Below are positions 11,140 through 25,007 of a stretch of 64,000 nucleotides of DNA, piece by piece. Made by a program: the position numbers and the translations under genes. Source of the stretch: Paecilomyces variotii. Taxonomy: Eukaryota. The stretch is taken from the NCBI GenBank assembly GCA_004022145.1, contig RCNU01000019.1; one strand, 5' to 3'. Positions within the stretch are counted from its first letter, which is position 1. Each line of letters begins with the position of its first letter. Below the pieces are notes generated by a model, which did no database searches, had not been told where the DNA came from, and worked only from the letters and a program-made list of their open reading frames with translations.

Positions 11140-13800
11140 ATGTTTCATGATTTGAGAGATGCAGGTCGACCAAGTCCCAGGCCACTTCCGCCACCAAGTC
11201 GACGGAGAGACAAACCTCAGCTGTCCTGTATGTCTTGTCGAAGCCGAAAGTACGTCTGTATCTATTCGCCTTGGACATATCAACTAAAACTTTTCAGACT
11301 CAAATGTGATCGAAGTCAGCCGTGCAGTAATTGTTCCAAGAGGCAGCAATCCTGCGTCTACGTGGCCCCCGGGCACGGTAATCGAGTGCTAAGGGGTACC
11401 CAGGTGCGGCCAGACAGCTCTACGGGCTTACAGGAAAGGATCCATCGCTTGGAGCAAATCGTTGAGGATTTAGCAAATGCAAATTATTATCAGTCCGAAA
11501 GTTGTCGTGAGGACGAACAGTATTCTGCGTACCCACAGAGGATGCAAGCCCTCCGACACACCCGGCAACTGGGGATGTCAATCCTGCTTCATTCCGAGAA
11601 ACTGGCACTGCTGATATCACGGATTCCATTGGTCGAATTAATATCAACGAAAGAGGAACCAGCTATGTTGGACCTGCACATTGGCAAGAGGTCGTCAACG
11701 AGGTACGAACAGCCACAATAGCCATTGAGAGTTGCTAACTTTACGGGTCCACACTCCAGATATCTGATATCAAAGATCAGTTGGAAGGCTTCAGCGATAC
11801 ATCTGGAGATGGCCTTGGCTCGAATTCAGCGAAACCAGAGTTGCTTCTCGGTTTGAGGAGACACGTTAGCAAACAAGATATATTGAGGTCTATTCCGCCC
11901 AAGCAGACTGCTGACAGTCTTATATCATACTTCTTCGAAGCAATGGAACTGGCGACGTGTACGTTCCTTCCCAGTGGACAATTTCGGAAGCTGACAATGA
12001 TAGTGACCATACATCGTCCAACTTTCGAAAAAGAGGTGAGGCAGTCAATAAGTGGGGCAAGAGTTCACCACTGAATCGACATTAGTATGCTAGATTCTGG
12101 ATGAATCCGTCTGCTATGCGACCAGCATGGCTAGGTATCCTGTTTGCTATGTTTAGTCTTACCACCCATTTTCGGATAGTTTGCGGAAACGAACCTGAAC
12201 CTGTTTCGATGTTGGAAGAATATCGAAGCCTCTATACCGAAAGAGCTGCTCACTGTCTTATATTAGCTGATTATACTCAACCAGGCCAGTATACTCTGGA
12301 AGCTCTTATACTGTATTTTGTTATTGAACATGCCGTTGCTAAGGCGGGTCCATTCAGAGTCGCTCTTTTGTTTGACATCATTGTCCGTTCAGCCATGCGC
12401 ATGGGATACCATCGTGACCCATCTCACTATCCAGAAATATCTATCTTTCATGGAGAGCTGCGCCGACGAGCTTGGATACTCATTCGACATATGGACATTG
12501 TCGTATCCTCATGGGTAGGTTCTCCACTGTCCAGGTCTGCGTTTGCGTACTCATTTTTCAAAAAGGTCGGGCTTCCTAGACTAGTCGATAGCCGACACGC
12601 CGATACTAGGCCACCTCGGAACCTCCTAGACCAGGACCTTGATGAGAATATGACAGAGCTTCCTCCTTCAAGACCAGAAGAAGGGGCAGTTTCGTACGCT
12701 ACCATGAAGACTGATATCCTGATCCTGTTTGCCAATGTTGTCGATGAAGTCAGCTGCATAAACCAGCCTTCATACTCGCGGATAATGGAACTTGACCGAT
12801 TTCTACGCTTCTCTGCGATCGCACTTTCAACTTTCGGAAGAGATTATGAAAACTAACCCAGCTCAATTCCTCCGGCGATTAATGCTCAATGTGATATACC
12901 AGAAAGCGCGCTGCGTGCTACACCGGAACTATATTAGCAGCATGCGTGAGGAGCATCGTTATTCCCGGTATTCCTGCGTGGATGCTGCAATGCGCATTCT
13001 GACCGACATATCTATGTCCTACGACGGAGATATGCCCAACAGCTCGCTGTATCCCCTTGCGTGGAGTTTACCTGCCGCTTTCACGAATGATCTCCTATTG
13101 GCGTCCATGATTGTTTGCGTTGATCTCGAACGGGCCGTGCGAGGAATTCGAGAAACCGAACGTCCTCCAGGGGATCTCTTGGAATGGACTAAGCAACAAA
13201 AGATACAAGCTCTTCGTAAAGCATACAAAACTTTACAAAGCCCATCCTTGGGTCCCAGTGAAGTGTCTGAGGGGATTAAAATCATCAGGATAGTTCTTGA
13301 AAATGCGACAAAAACTGTTGTGCAGTCCCAACACCGCCAGGAATCGCATTATTCGAACCAGCAGCTTTCACAGAACAGAACCGATCGTGATGGCCAGGGT
13401 CTAATAGAACCAGCTTTGGCGACAGGTGAAATACATGCAACTGCCCTTTTCTTATATCTACTGACTCTGTGAAAGCAGTTGAGGACGAGTCATTGATTCC
13501 TGCTTCATCAGCACAGCCATCTTGGGCTATCTCACCTCCTGTTGAATATGCAGTTGACAACGCCGGAGAATTCTTCGCCGCTTCAATGATGGACCCGGTA
13601 CAATTTATGATGGAAGTGCCACTAGATTTCGGCAGTGTAAGTTCCGTATTTCCTTCGGTAGCAAGGTGTGCCATAAGTGATGTCAGCTAAATGTGAGTGC
13701 TAAGGGATTTTGGACGGCTACCGCCTCAAGTAACGTTGAAGTTCCTCCAGATATGCCATGGGACTTTGATGGCAACTCCCAGTTCAATGGCAACCTATGA
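11140..13800 (+). CDS. Zn2Cys6 transcription factor with fungal-specific TF domain; possibly frameshifted
   Basis: SCMSCRSRK/LKCDRSQPCSNC, YVGPAHW, MGYHRDP, ELRRRAW and KARCVLHR; unexplained frame changes at ~11510 and ~12805. Confidence 0.75.
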
Positions 13801-15094
13801 AACTTTTTATCCAGGTCGCAATGACTGTTCAGATCGGTAGGCCTTTCAGTGTGGGATAAGGCAGCCGTAACTTTTCTAGATATTTGGAAATGGTGAAGTA
13901 TGGTCAACTGCCCGGGGGTTATGTCCCAAATACTAGAAGATCAGAAAGAAATTCACCGTTCGCATTCTAACTGGAACTCCATAGGCAAGACATCGGTGGG
14001 TGGATAGGACCTGGCCTTAGAAGTGCCTGCCAAGGAGGGACAGAGAAGGCCGACTCTCTATCGGATTTCATGAACTGCCTACGGAGTAGTTAGCATCCGA
14101 GACCCGACCTGAAGGGCGCGCCTTTCGTTTTCTTTATGGTCCTTGTGATCTTGGGTCTGGTCGTGAAACGTGGATGAAATGCAGGTATAACTTTTGGCGC
14201 CTTTTTGAACCTCATATCAATGCTTCTCTGCCAGAGGTCGACTCTGGACTATCTGTCACCTTAATCTATAATGGGTTGGTAACTTGTATTTTGTCTCTGA
14301 GGTTGTTTCCATGGGATGCATTGAGCTGCATGTTACTGTTCGCGGCTGGGGATGAATGACCTCATCATGCTCGGTCCAGATGAGCAGCTACCATATTCCA
14401 ACAGCAAATAGCTCACCCAGAATCAAAACAAGAAATCATAGTCCTGTGGATTCGATTATTGCGAAATACTATGCAGTCATCTACAGAACAAACCCTGATC
14501 ATTCAGCTTCCCATCGGTGGTCGGCATTCAGTCAGCCCGATGGGCGATCCTACCGAGAACAGCAACAGACTCGTTGCAACAATGCTGCATTGCTGATGGA
14601 CGCCTGATATCTGATATCAGACGCGGGACGCTCGCTAACGGTTTGAAGCATGAGCGAATCGGTGGCCATTATTTCCCTCCAGGTCTTCCCCAGACAACCG
14701 GTTGTGGACCACCAAAACCCAACCGGATCAGGTAGTGGATACCTCCGAGCTAACGGATGACTATCCATGATACTCACGACTCCGACTCCGACAGTCCAGA
14801 AGCTCTCGGAGCCGCGATCAAGTCTAGCGCGAGCAGGGCGCTTCTCTTGACGTAATCCTTCTCTACGTTTCAATCTGCGTACCAGTGAATAATAGCGGTG
14901 CCTGGACGATGCAGTTCTCCGACTCCGACTTGATCTGTGGTGCACAGATATACAGAAAGAAAGCCGCTCATGCTAAACAGCAGATCATTTTCGACAACGC
15001 TACTCCTTGGGATTAATATATCCTAGTACATTCTTTCATTTACTCCCTGTGCCAGTTGGCCTCGCATAGGCCCGGACTCGACCATTCACATGCT

Positions 15095-18000
15095 ATGGCT
15101 ACAGACAACGGCGCCGAAGGTAGCAGCAACAAGCCCATCACGCCGCAGTATGGGTATGAAGCACTAAACCCTACTGCAGGAGCTAGGTCTTCCAGTCCGG
15201 TGTCCAGCGTGAGCTCCGATAAAGAATTCGAGCCAATTCGCAGTAGATCACCAGAGAAAGCTCATCAAGACAGCCCGACAGACTCGACAACGGACATAGA
15301 ACGAGACAATGAACTGTCGCAAGTTATTTCTCGACGGCGCAGTGGTGCCTCTGGACATGAGAACGATGAAGACTGGGCACAGATTGAAAAGCTCATGTCA
15401 CGCATGTTTGGAAGAGAGAGACAAGCGAATTCAGAGGAGGAGAAGACAAGACATCTGGGTGTCGTATGGAAGAATCTCACCGTCAAGGGATTAGGGCTCG
15501 GAGCAGCGCTGCAACCGACCAATGGAGATATTTTTCTCGGTCTTCCTAGATTGATCAAAGGTCTATTAACTCGGGGTAGAAAGGGCGCAGGAACCGCGAA
15601 AGCACCGGTAAAGACGATATTGAATGATTTCACCGTAAGTATCAGTTGTAAAAATATGTAACGTATATCCGTGCTGATTATCACCATTCAGGGATGCGTC
15701 CGACCGGGTGAGATGCTTCTTGTTCTCGGGAGACCAGGCTCTGGTTGCACAACATTCCTGAAAATGATTGGGAACCAAAGAGCGGGTTATGAAAGCATCG
15801 AAGGCGATGTCTACTATGGTGGGACAGACTCTGTAACCATGGCTAAGAAATACCGTTCAGAGGGTATGCAAACTTATAAATCCTCTGGCAGATCACGGCT
15901 GACAGGGACAGTGTTATATAATCCTGAGGACGATTTGCACTATGCAACTCTCACAGTTCAAGACACTCTCTCATTTGCGCTGAAAACGCGGACTCCGGGA
16001 AAGGAGTCGCGCATTCCCGGAGAGAGCAGGAAGGAATACCAGCAGACGTTCCTCAGCGCCATTGCAAAGCTGTTCTGGATTGAACATACACTAGGCACCA
16101 AGGTCGGCAATGAGCTCATCCGGGGAGTCTCTGGCGGAGAAAAGAAACGAGTATCTATTGCGGAAGCGATGATTACGAGGGCGAGTACACAATGCTGGGA
16201 CAACTCCACCAAGGGCTTGGACGCAAGTACTGCTCTGGAATACGTCCAAAGCTTGCGCAGCTTGACGAACACAGCGCACGTCTCCACCTTAGTTGCCTTA
16301 TATCAGGCCTCGGAAAATCTTTATAACCTCTTCGACAAGGTCATCCTAATCGAGGAGGGCAAATGCGCTTACTTCGGTCGCACTGAGGATGCCAAAGCGT
16401 ACTTTCAAAATCTCGGGTTTGAATGCCCGGCGCGATGGACTACTCCAGATTTCTTGACATCAGTCAGTGACCCTAACGCGAGACGTGTCAAGAAGGGATG
16501 GGAAGACCGTGTGCCACGGTCAGCAGAGCAATTTGAGCAAGCGTACCGTCAGAGCGATGTATACCGAGACGCTCTCCGTGATGTCGATGACTTTGAGAAG
16601 GAAGTCGAGGAGCAAAGGCATGAACGAGATGCTGCTAGAGCAAAGATGAAAAAGAAGAATTATACTTTGTCTTTCTATCAACAAGTCCTAACTTTGACAC
16701 ATCGACAATTCTTGGTCATGTTTGGAGACAGGCAATCGCTGGCGGGAAAATGGGGCGTCGTCACATTTCAAGCTCTCATTATTGGGAGCTTGTTCTTCAA
16801 CCAGCCTCCAACAAGGTAAAAGAAAGAAAAATGCCCTGGTTCAGATGAAGTTTACATGGCTAACGTTGATACAGCTCGGGGGTCTTTACTCGCGGCGGTG
16901 TTATGTTCTTTATCCTGCTTTTCAATGCCTTGCTGGCCCTAGCTGAGCTTACAGCTGCCTTTGCGAGCCGGCCTATACTGATGAAGCATAAAAGCTTGTG
17001 AGTAGTTTCTCTCCACTCCGAGGCTGTTGAGTTTGAATAACCAGAACCATAACGTAAATTAGTTCGTTCTACCGACCTTCAGCTTACGCTCTAGCACAAG
17101 TGGTCGTTGATGTTCCTCTTGTCCTCATCCAGGTGGTTATATTCGATGTGATAGTATACTTGTATGTGCTTCTATGTCATTATGGCTCTTCATGTACCGT
17201 GCTGATGAGAATTTGCAGCATGTCAAACCTCTCAAGGACTGCCTCCCAGTTCTTCATCAATCTACTGTTCATTTTCACATTGACGATGACCATGTACTCG
17301 TTCTTCAGAGCTCTTGGGGCACTTTGTTCCTCACTTGATGTTGGTAAGATTCTTGTGAAAGGCTTGAGATTCTTATGGCCAATTACTGATTAAAACAGCC
17401 ACTCGCCTTACTGGTGTCGCCATCCAAGCACTGGTTGTCTACACAGGTTCGAGAATATCCTTTTACACTCACGATATCGATGTTAACTATAACAGGATAT
17501 CTTATTCCTCCTTGGAAAATGCATCCATGGCTTAAATGGCTTATCTGGATCAATCCAGTACAGTATAGTTTCGAGGCGCTGATGGCAAATGAGTTCTATA
17601 AACTTAAGATACAGTGCGAGCCACCATATATTGTTCCTGAGGGGCCAGGCGTATCTCCCGAATACCAGAGCTGTGCTATCCAAGGAAGTCAGCCGGGTCA
17701 GACATATGTCAATGGTTCTGACTATATCAAGACCGCATTCACATACACAAGGGCGCATCTTTGGAGAAATTTCGGGATCATTATCGCATGGTTTGTCTTG
17801 TTCGTGGCTTTGACGATGCTAGGGATGGAACTGCAGAAACCCAATAAGGGAGGCAGCTCAGTAACTGTCTTCAAGAGAGGCGAAGCTCCCAAGGCTGTCG
17901 AGGATGCTGTCAAGAATAAGGATCTTGTTGGAGATGAGGAGAAGGGCGAGAAAGATGCACCGAATCCAGTTACCCAGGCCGAGTCTGAACCGAACAGCCG

Positions 18001-20453
18001 AGACGAGGTTCAGGGAATCGCCAAGAATACTGCAATATTTACATGGCAGAATGTGAACTATACTATTCCGTATAAGGGAGGCCAGAGAAGACTGCTTCAA
18101 GATGTTCAAGGATACGTCAAACCGGGTCGACTGACAGCCTTGATGGGTGCTTCTGGTGCAGGGTTAGTCGGAAATCTATTTCCCCTCACTTTCCAAAGTT
18201 GCTAATTCATAGTCCAACAGAAAAACGACACTTCTGAACGTGTTGGCCCAGCGAATCAATTTTGGCGTCGTCACAGGAGATTTCCTTGTGGACGGAAAGT
18301 GAGTGATGCCAGTCTAATCCATCCTTGCGATACTAAGTAGCCCTCGCAGGCCTCTTCCAAAAAGCTTCCAGAGAGCAACTGGGTTCGCAGAGCAAATGGA
18401 CATCCATGAGCCCACAGCAACAGTCCGGGAGTGTCTCCAGTTTTCAGCTTTGCTTAGACAGCCAAAGGAAGTTCCAGTCCAGGAAAAATATGACTACTGC
18501 GAAAAGATCATCGACCTTATGGAAATGCGTCAACTTGCAGGTGCAACTGTTGGAGCTGTTGGAACTGGGTTAAATCCGGAGCAACGAAAACGCCTTACCA
18601 TCGCAGTTGAGCTCGCTAGCAAACCAGAACTACTTCTTTTCCTCGACGAACCGACATCGGGACTTGATTCGCTAGCTGCCTTCAACATCGTGCGTTTTCT
18701 GCGACGATTAGCAGATGCCGGTCAGGCGGTGCTCTGCACTATCCATCAGCCGTCCGCTGTACTCTTCGAGGAATTTGACGATCTCCTCCTGTTACAGAGT
18801 GGTGGTAGGGTTGTCTATCATGGTGAGCTTGGTTCTGATTCCAGAAAGTTGATTGAGTACTTGGAGCGAAATGGTGGTAAGAAGTGTCCACCAGACGCAA
18901 ACCCAGCCGAGGTAAGTTCTTAAAAATTTGGTCTGTCCACGAACTATTACTAACAGAGACGCAGTATATGCTTGAGGTAATTGGAGCCGGCAATCCAGAT
19001 TACAAAGGTCCAAATTGGGCAGATACCTGGGCAACCTCCCCCGAGTATAAAGCCCGCGCTGAGGAGATCAACGAGATGACCACCTCTAGACGCAATGCTA
19101 GCTCCGGAAAAGAACATACTGATGACAGGGAATTCGCGATGCCGTTATGGACGCAAATAATTGCAGTAAGCAGGCGCTCATTTATCGCCTACTGGCGGAC
19201 GCCAAATTATGCAATTGTAAGTTGTGTCCTGTGGACCATTGGCTGTAATACATTATCTCACACTCGGTAGGGAAAATTCATGCTCCACATATGGACAGGC
19301 CTATTCAATACGTTCACCTTCTGGCACCTGGGCCACAGTTATATTGACATGCAATCTCGACTGTTCTCCGTATTCATGACACTGACCATCGCACCTCCCC
19401 TGATCCAACAACTGCAACCACGCTTCCTTCATTTCCGTGGGATGTATGAATCTCGCGAGTCGAATGCAAAGATTTATTCGTGGGTTGCTTTTGTGGCAAA
19501 CAGTATTTTGCCTGAGCTTCCCTACTCCATCGTCGCTGGCTCCATCTACTTTAATTGTTGGTAAGTTAACGCAGCAAACGACAGTATGCTAAACGAGGTG
19601 CTAATAATAATATACCAGGTACTGGGGAGTCTGGTTCCCCCGCGATTCGTTTTCTTCCGGCTACGTCTGGATGTTGCTTATGCTTTTTGAAATGTTCTAT
19701 GTCGGATTCGGCCAGTTTATCGCCGCCATGTCACCCAATGAACTGTTTGCCTCCCTGCTTGTTCCTGCTTTCTTCACCTTCGTGGTCGCCTTCTGCGGTG
19801 TCGTTGTGCCTTATGCAGCGCTACCACATTTCTGGAAGTCATGGATGTATTGGCTCACACCTTTCCATTATCTTCTGGAGGGTATGCTTGGAGTCGTCAC
19901 GCACAAACAACAAGTCAAGTGCGTGCCCCGGGAAGAGGCTAGGTTCCGACCGCCACCTGGACAGACTTGCCAGCAGTATGCTGGCCCTTTTGCCCAGCAG
20001 GCAGGTGGATACGTGGAACAGGGTGCTGATGGGCTGTGCAACTATTGCCAGTATTCGACAGGTGATAGATTCGTATGTGTTTGAGACGCCTACTTTTCTC
20101 TGTACTTGAAGCTAACTTTCTGGAACTAGGCTACTTCGTTTAATGTCTACTACTCGCACAAATGGCGCGACTATGTAAGTCAGCTCTTTCGATCTATCCT
20201 ACTTGATGAAGGCTTGAAGGCACCCATGCAACACTCTTACTAACACGGTTACTAGGGCATATTCTTTGGTTATGTCATTTTCAATTTTATCGCTGTCTTT
20301 GTCATCTCCTGGTTGTATCTTCACGGTGTCCGAAATGCCAAACGCTGGTTCAGCGCACGGAAGACGAAGAAGGGCAACAAGAACTCTGCGGAACAATCTG
20401 TGGAACAGTCTGTGGAACAATCTGGGGGAGCAAAGGAGGAAGAATCAACCTAG
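15095..20453 (+). CDS. Full-size PDR/ABCG multidrug transporter (AtrF/AtrA-like)
   Basis: NBD1 [32 protein letters not shown]2 [27 protein letters not shown]; two TMDs; many GT-AG introns. Confidence 0.95.
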
Positions 20454-21390
20454 ATCGAACCCGGGCACCTAGCGGTCAGTTGGCTGGTGCCCTAATCTCC
20501 ACTCAGAGCATTATATGCATTGAGAATACATGATAGTAACAGAGATAGACAACGGGGACAAAACATAAGAGGCAATGCTTTACATCTTTGTTTAGTCCCA
20601 ATACTCGATTCAAGCAATAGAATTAGTCTGGTGTCTTATCACAGCATTCGTGATTAGCCATCTCATTTCTCCGAATATAGATCAAAGGCGGTAGTTCACA
20701 TCATGGAAATTCCCTGATAACTATTAGTGACGGAGGCAATGCTGAAGCGGTACTCGGGTCATTAAATTTCGATTATACCGCGGAGAAGTTCGTATAGCTA
20801 TAGAGTTGCTTTGTTTGAGTCAGTCTAGAACTCTAATCAGTTGCCCCGTTAAGAAAATAGATGAGCTTAAGAGATGCTCACTTCATCCCTAGAAGCTCTA
20901 TAATAATGTCCCCCAAAGGTGCATCTACCTCAGTGAGAGACTCTAGACGACTTGGTCGATATCGGTCTCCACAGACCTCAATTTCTTCTTCTTCGCCCTG
21001 GAAGTTGACCAGCCGTGATCGACACGGATATGGTGCCCGTACCGTTTCTCCCGCTCTTTAGTTTAACTAACTTAAAAGTCCCATGTTCAGAATGCACACT
21101 TTACTCTATATAAGAGCGCGATCCTCGGGTTTTGCGGTACTAATCTTCCAAGTCCCGGCCATGCTGTCATTGATGCGCAACTATATCACCCCACCATATC
21201 GCATTCTGCTATATATGTATGTATAAGGGCACAGCTTCTTTAAATCCAATTTTCCCTAGCTACAAAATATACCCATTCACGTGTATCGGTCAAAGCACCA
21301 TTCTTCTTCCTCTCTCCATCACACCCTGCAGAGATACCTACCATATTACTCTACATACCATAAATCTCCCATATAGAAAGATTTGCGACA

Positions 21391-22326
21391 ATGTCTGTCG
21401 ATCTCAACAAGGACCTCGTCGCTCTCACCTGTGCTAGCGGCAAACAATGCTCCCAGCTCATTCCACTACTCTACAACAGATGGAGAAACATCCGACTTAT
21501 CGTCCACAGTCCTAGTTCAGAGACCCGTCTGCGGACGCAATACCCCAACGCTGAGATCGTCCGCGCCGATATGACACGAGCCGACGATGTCGACCGAATC
21601 ATAGCCGGAGTGACTACTCTTGTCCACATTGGACCAAGTTTCCACCCCCGAGAGACGGAAATAGGATACTTGATGATCGACGCAGCTAGTCGTTATCAAG
21701 TTCAAAACGGAGGTGTTTTCAAACACTTCATCTACTCCTCGGTCCTCCATCCTCAATTGAGAAAATTGATGAATCATGACTGCAAGCGCTATGTGGAGGA
21801 ATATCTCATTGAGTCCGGACTCAGCTATACTATTCTACAACCGAGTCATATGCTGAATATGTTCCCCGTGGCGCCCTTGCTGGAACAGGATGAACCGGTG
21901 TTTTATGCGAATTATAACCCCGAGATTACTTTCTCGTTTACTATCTTGCAGGATCTGGCTGAGGCGTTTTGCAAGGTCATTGAAGAAAGAGAGAAGCATT
22001 ATCTTGCGGAATATATGCTTTGTTCGACCGGGCCTATCTCTTACATGGATGTTACTGCTACGCTAGGGAAGGTGATTGGCAAGTCAATCCAGATCAAAAC
22101 GAGGGAGTTTTATGATTCTGTTGAGTTTCTGGAGACTATGGTGTTGGAAGATCCGAAGAAGGCACATCGAGTGGCTCGCGATGGGATTCAGCGGTTGCAA
22201 CTATATTATAACTTTTATGGAATCAAGGGGAACATGAATGTGCTTGAATGGTTAATTGGCAGAAAACCAACAACGGTGGAAGACTTCTTTCGGGAAAGAG
22301 TTTCTCAGTTGCGGAAGGGAGCCTGA
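21391..22326 (+). CDS. NmrA-like NAD(P)-binding protein
   Basis: LTCASGKQ, HFIYSSVLHP, KRYVEEYLIESGLSYTILQP; intronless. Confidence 0.88.
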   Translation: MSVDLNKDLVALTCASGKQCSQLIPLLYNRWRNIRLIVHSPSSETRLRTQYPNAEIVRADMTRADDVDRIIAGVTTLVHIGPSFHPRETEIGYLMIDAASRYQVQNGGVFKHFIYSSVLHPQLRKLMNHDCKRYVEEYLIESGLSYTILQPSHMLNMFPVAPLLEQDEPVFYANYNPEITFSFTILQDLAEAFCKVIEEREKHYLAEYMLCSTGPISYMDVTATLGKVIGKSIQIKTREFYDSVEFLETMVLEDPKKAHRVARDGIQRLQLYYNFYGIKGNMNVLEWLIGRKPTTVEDFFRERVSQLRKGA

Positions 22327-23156
22327 ACTTGAAGAAATAAGATCTAGCGAGGATGCGAGGTTCCTTCCCTTTGGCAAAGTATGAAAAAAATACAATTATA
22401 TGCAGTATCAATTAGGTAGGCAGTATATATAAAGTAGAACAGGATCAGAAGAGTTATCCATTTTCGCACACGCGCCCACCCTCCAATGCTTGCAAGACAC
22501 TGATGCTCAAGAAACAGCAAATAAAAGAACAAAAAAGGAACATGAAACAAAGTGGAAAATATCGACATTGCGTCTCCCCATGCAGTGTTAACGCAGAAAT
22601 ATAGAAATGGTGTGCACATAGAACACCAAGCACCGTCAATCCTGCAATGATACCTCAAAACCACCGGTGTTGAAGACGAAAGCGTCAAGTGATAACTCGT
22701 GTTGACCCCCATCACCACCGCATGCAACATGCTCATGTAAGTCCCCGAGGAATCCAGAGATTAAAAATATATATATAATAAGACAGGTAATGGTTATGTA
22801 CGGCCCCAGTGGGCAGCTGTGCAATTCGACCCTGGCGCAGGTATGTAGGTACCGAAGTACCGAAGCTTGAGGCCATCCGGGCAGTACCGCCGAGAAACTT
22901 ATCCTGGTATAAAGGGGAAAAGATCTTACTCTCCTCAAAAGCAAAACCAGACTGCGGCCATTTCTGGCTACGTCCTTTGGGTTGTTCCCACTTCCATGCA
23001 TAGGTGTCCTCTGTTGGTTTTGTGCGATTCTGGGACTTAGACATCACTTTGCAGGTCCAGTGTAACAGTGCACCATGCTCTTCCCGCATGTGCGAGTTTC
23101 TCTCTATACGCCTCTCCAGGCGGATAGGAGTTACACACGATCCCGATATCTGCACA

Positions 23157-25007
23157 TCACCGTACGCTAGGGCGCGATGGAGGAGGAGTTGGCGCAGACG
23201 CCGTACCAGGTCCAGATAGAAGTAACGACTGGACAGAGTGAGGACCCCATGATGAGGACGTACCATTAGTACTATCACCGGCGGATGGGCTATGTCTACC
23301 TTCTGCTGCACCGGTTGCCGCCGGACTCCCGTTCATTAGACGTTGACGCTTAGCCTGCGGAACCCCATTGTAACTTTGGATATTCTCCTGAGGCTGATAT
23401 GGAGGTGTCTGCTGTTGCGAGCTGGTAGACGCTGCTTGGCCAGGGCTTGCAGCAGGTGGAATTGGGCTACGAGCCGCAGGAGGCTGCATCGGTTGCGACC
23501 GATTGGCAGCCTTGTGCGCATCATCAGTATGCAGTTTTACGGTAGGACTGTTTTCCTCCGATACACTGTTCGCATAGCTGACACCATACCGGCCCATACT
23601 CTTGTCATGCATCACCACACGCTTCCATTTCGCTACCACCGTGTCGTAATCCCATCTAGAAGAGGCTGGATTGAGCAGACCTTCTTGTGCATCCAACTCC
23701 CTAGTTACATCTCGAGGAAGAGGCAGAAGGTCGGGAGGGAATATCGCGAACTCCCTAGGCCATTGGCAGGAACCTAATTTCTCCACTTGAGCCCGTAGCT
23801 GGTTCGCTTCCTGCTGTACTCGTTCCAGCTGGTGGTCGAGATGTCTACGCTTCTCGACTTCCCGAGCAAAAGCCCTTGTGATCTCCAGGTGCCAATGCTC
23901 ACGCTGAGTCTCCGGAGAAAGTGCCATCCAATGTTGAAACGACAAGTCTAGATGTCTGGAACTAATATCGTCGTGCTGCTGGGCCGTTCGAGTAATCATG
24001 GTCGGATCATTGCTAGGGAGATTCACGCCCGACTTCCCGGGAGTCGACCGGCTCGTGGTGGCAGATGCCAGCTGGTCCGATTTCCACTGCTCAATCTGAG
24101 CTCGTAGAGCTTGTCGGACAATCTCAACATGCCCGGGGCCTGGAGGTTGTAGAGGAAACGAGCCTGGAGCAGGAAAAGGATGAACGGAGAATAGACTTGG
24201 AGGAGGCGGAAGCATCTGCAGACATAAAGCTGGAAATGTCTGCGACTGGAGATCGAAGTCAAAAGGCGATAATCGGGGTCGCACCCTAGAACTGCTATGC
24301 ATATGTGGTGTAAGCGGCAATGTTTCTCAAAGTACCCGTGTCTCCGGGGACCATTAAACAAGGGGGGCGGAACAGATTGTCCAAATAGATAAAGAGGTAA
24401 CCCACGTCGCTGCTTTGATATTATCCAGAACCTCCCGCAATGCCAACTCCAATGCTCTCGCCGTGTCCGCCGAATTCGCACTACCACCACGGCTGGCATA
24501 GTCCAGTGGACCTATCGAGACGGACGGCTGCGACGTCGTGAACCACGCAGCACTGGGACCATCTCGCGGGCTTGATGGATTGGGGATGTCGTTGATGACG
24601 CCTGTCGCGTGCCACGTAGGCGTATTGAACATCATCCGGACGCCCCCTTGGTGCTTACTATTCAGTTCCAAAGGAACTACACCATGCGGATCGTGCTGAC
24701 TCTTCCCCATGGCACGGTCTGGACTGTCCCGCTTCCCCGTTGAAGTGCGCGCCTGGCGCCTGGTGATACCGCTTCGAATGCGCCGGATCTCCTCGACATC
24801 GTGGATGCCGTCGGGCTTCTTCTTGAACAGATACTGATCGAGATGCCGGCCCAAGGACGACGAGGTGAACGCCTGGTGACAGTACTGGCATTGCTTGTCC
24901 TTGATCGTAGAATTCTTCGCTGGGGTCTGCTGCCGTTGGGTATCGTCACCTCCTACAGAACCCTCGGGCGTGTCGGTTGCGCGGGAGGGGTTGTTGGTGT
25001 CGTCCAT
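23157..25007 (-). CDS. Conserved fungal hypothetical protein (CxxC/His zinc-finger-like N-terminus, coiled coil)
   Basis: KQCQYCHQAFTSSSLGRHLD; ORFs 24354-25007 and 23157-24320 joined by an intron; 3' end uncertain. Confidence 0.75.

Noticed and set aside
22636-23311. ORFs of 121 and 192 aa on the minus strand
   Set aside because: They overlap the end and 3' UTR of the 23157-25007 gene, have no recognisable motifs and show implausible composition
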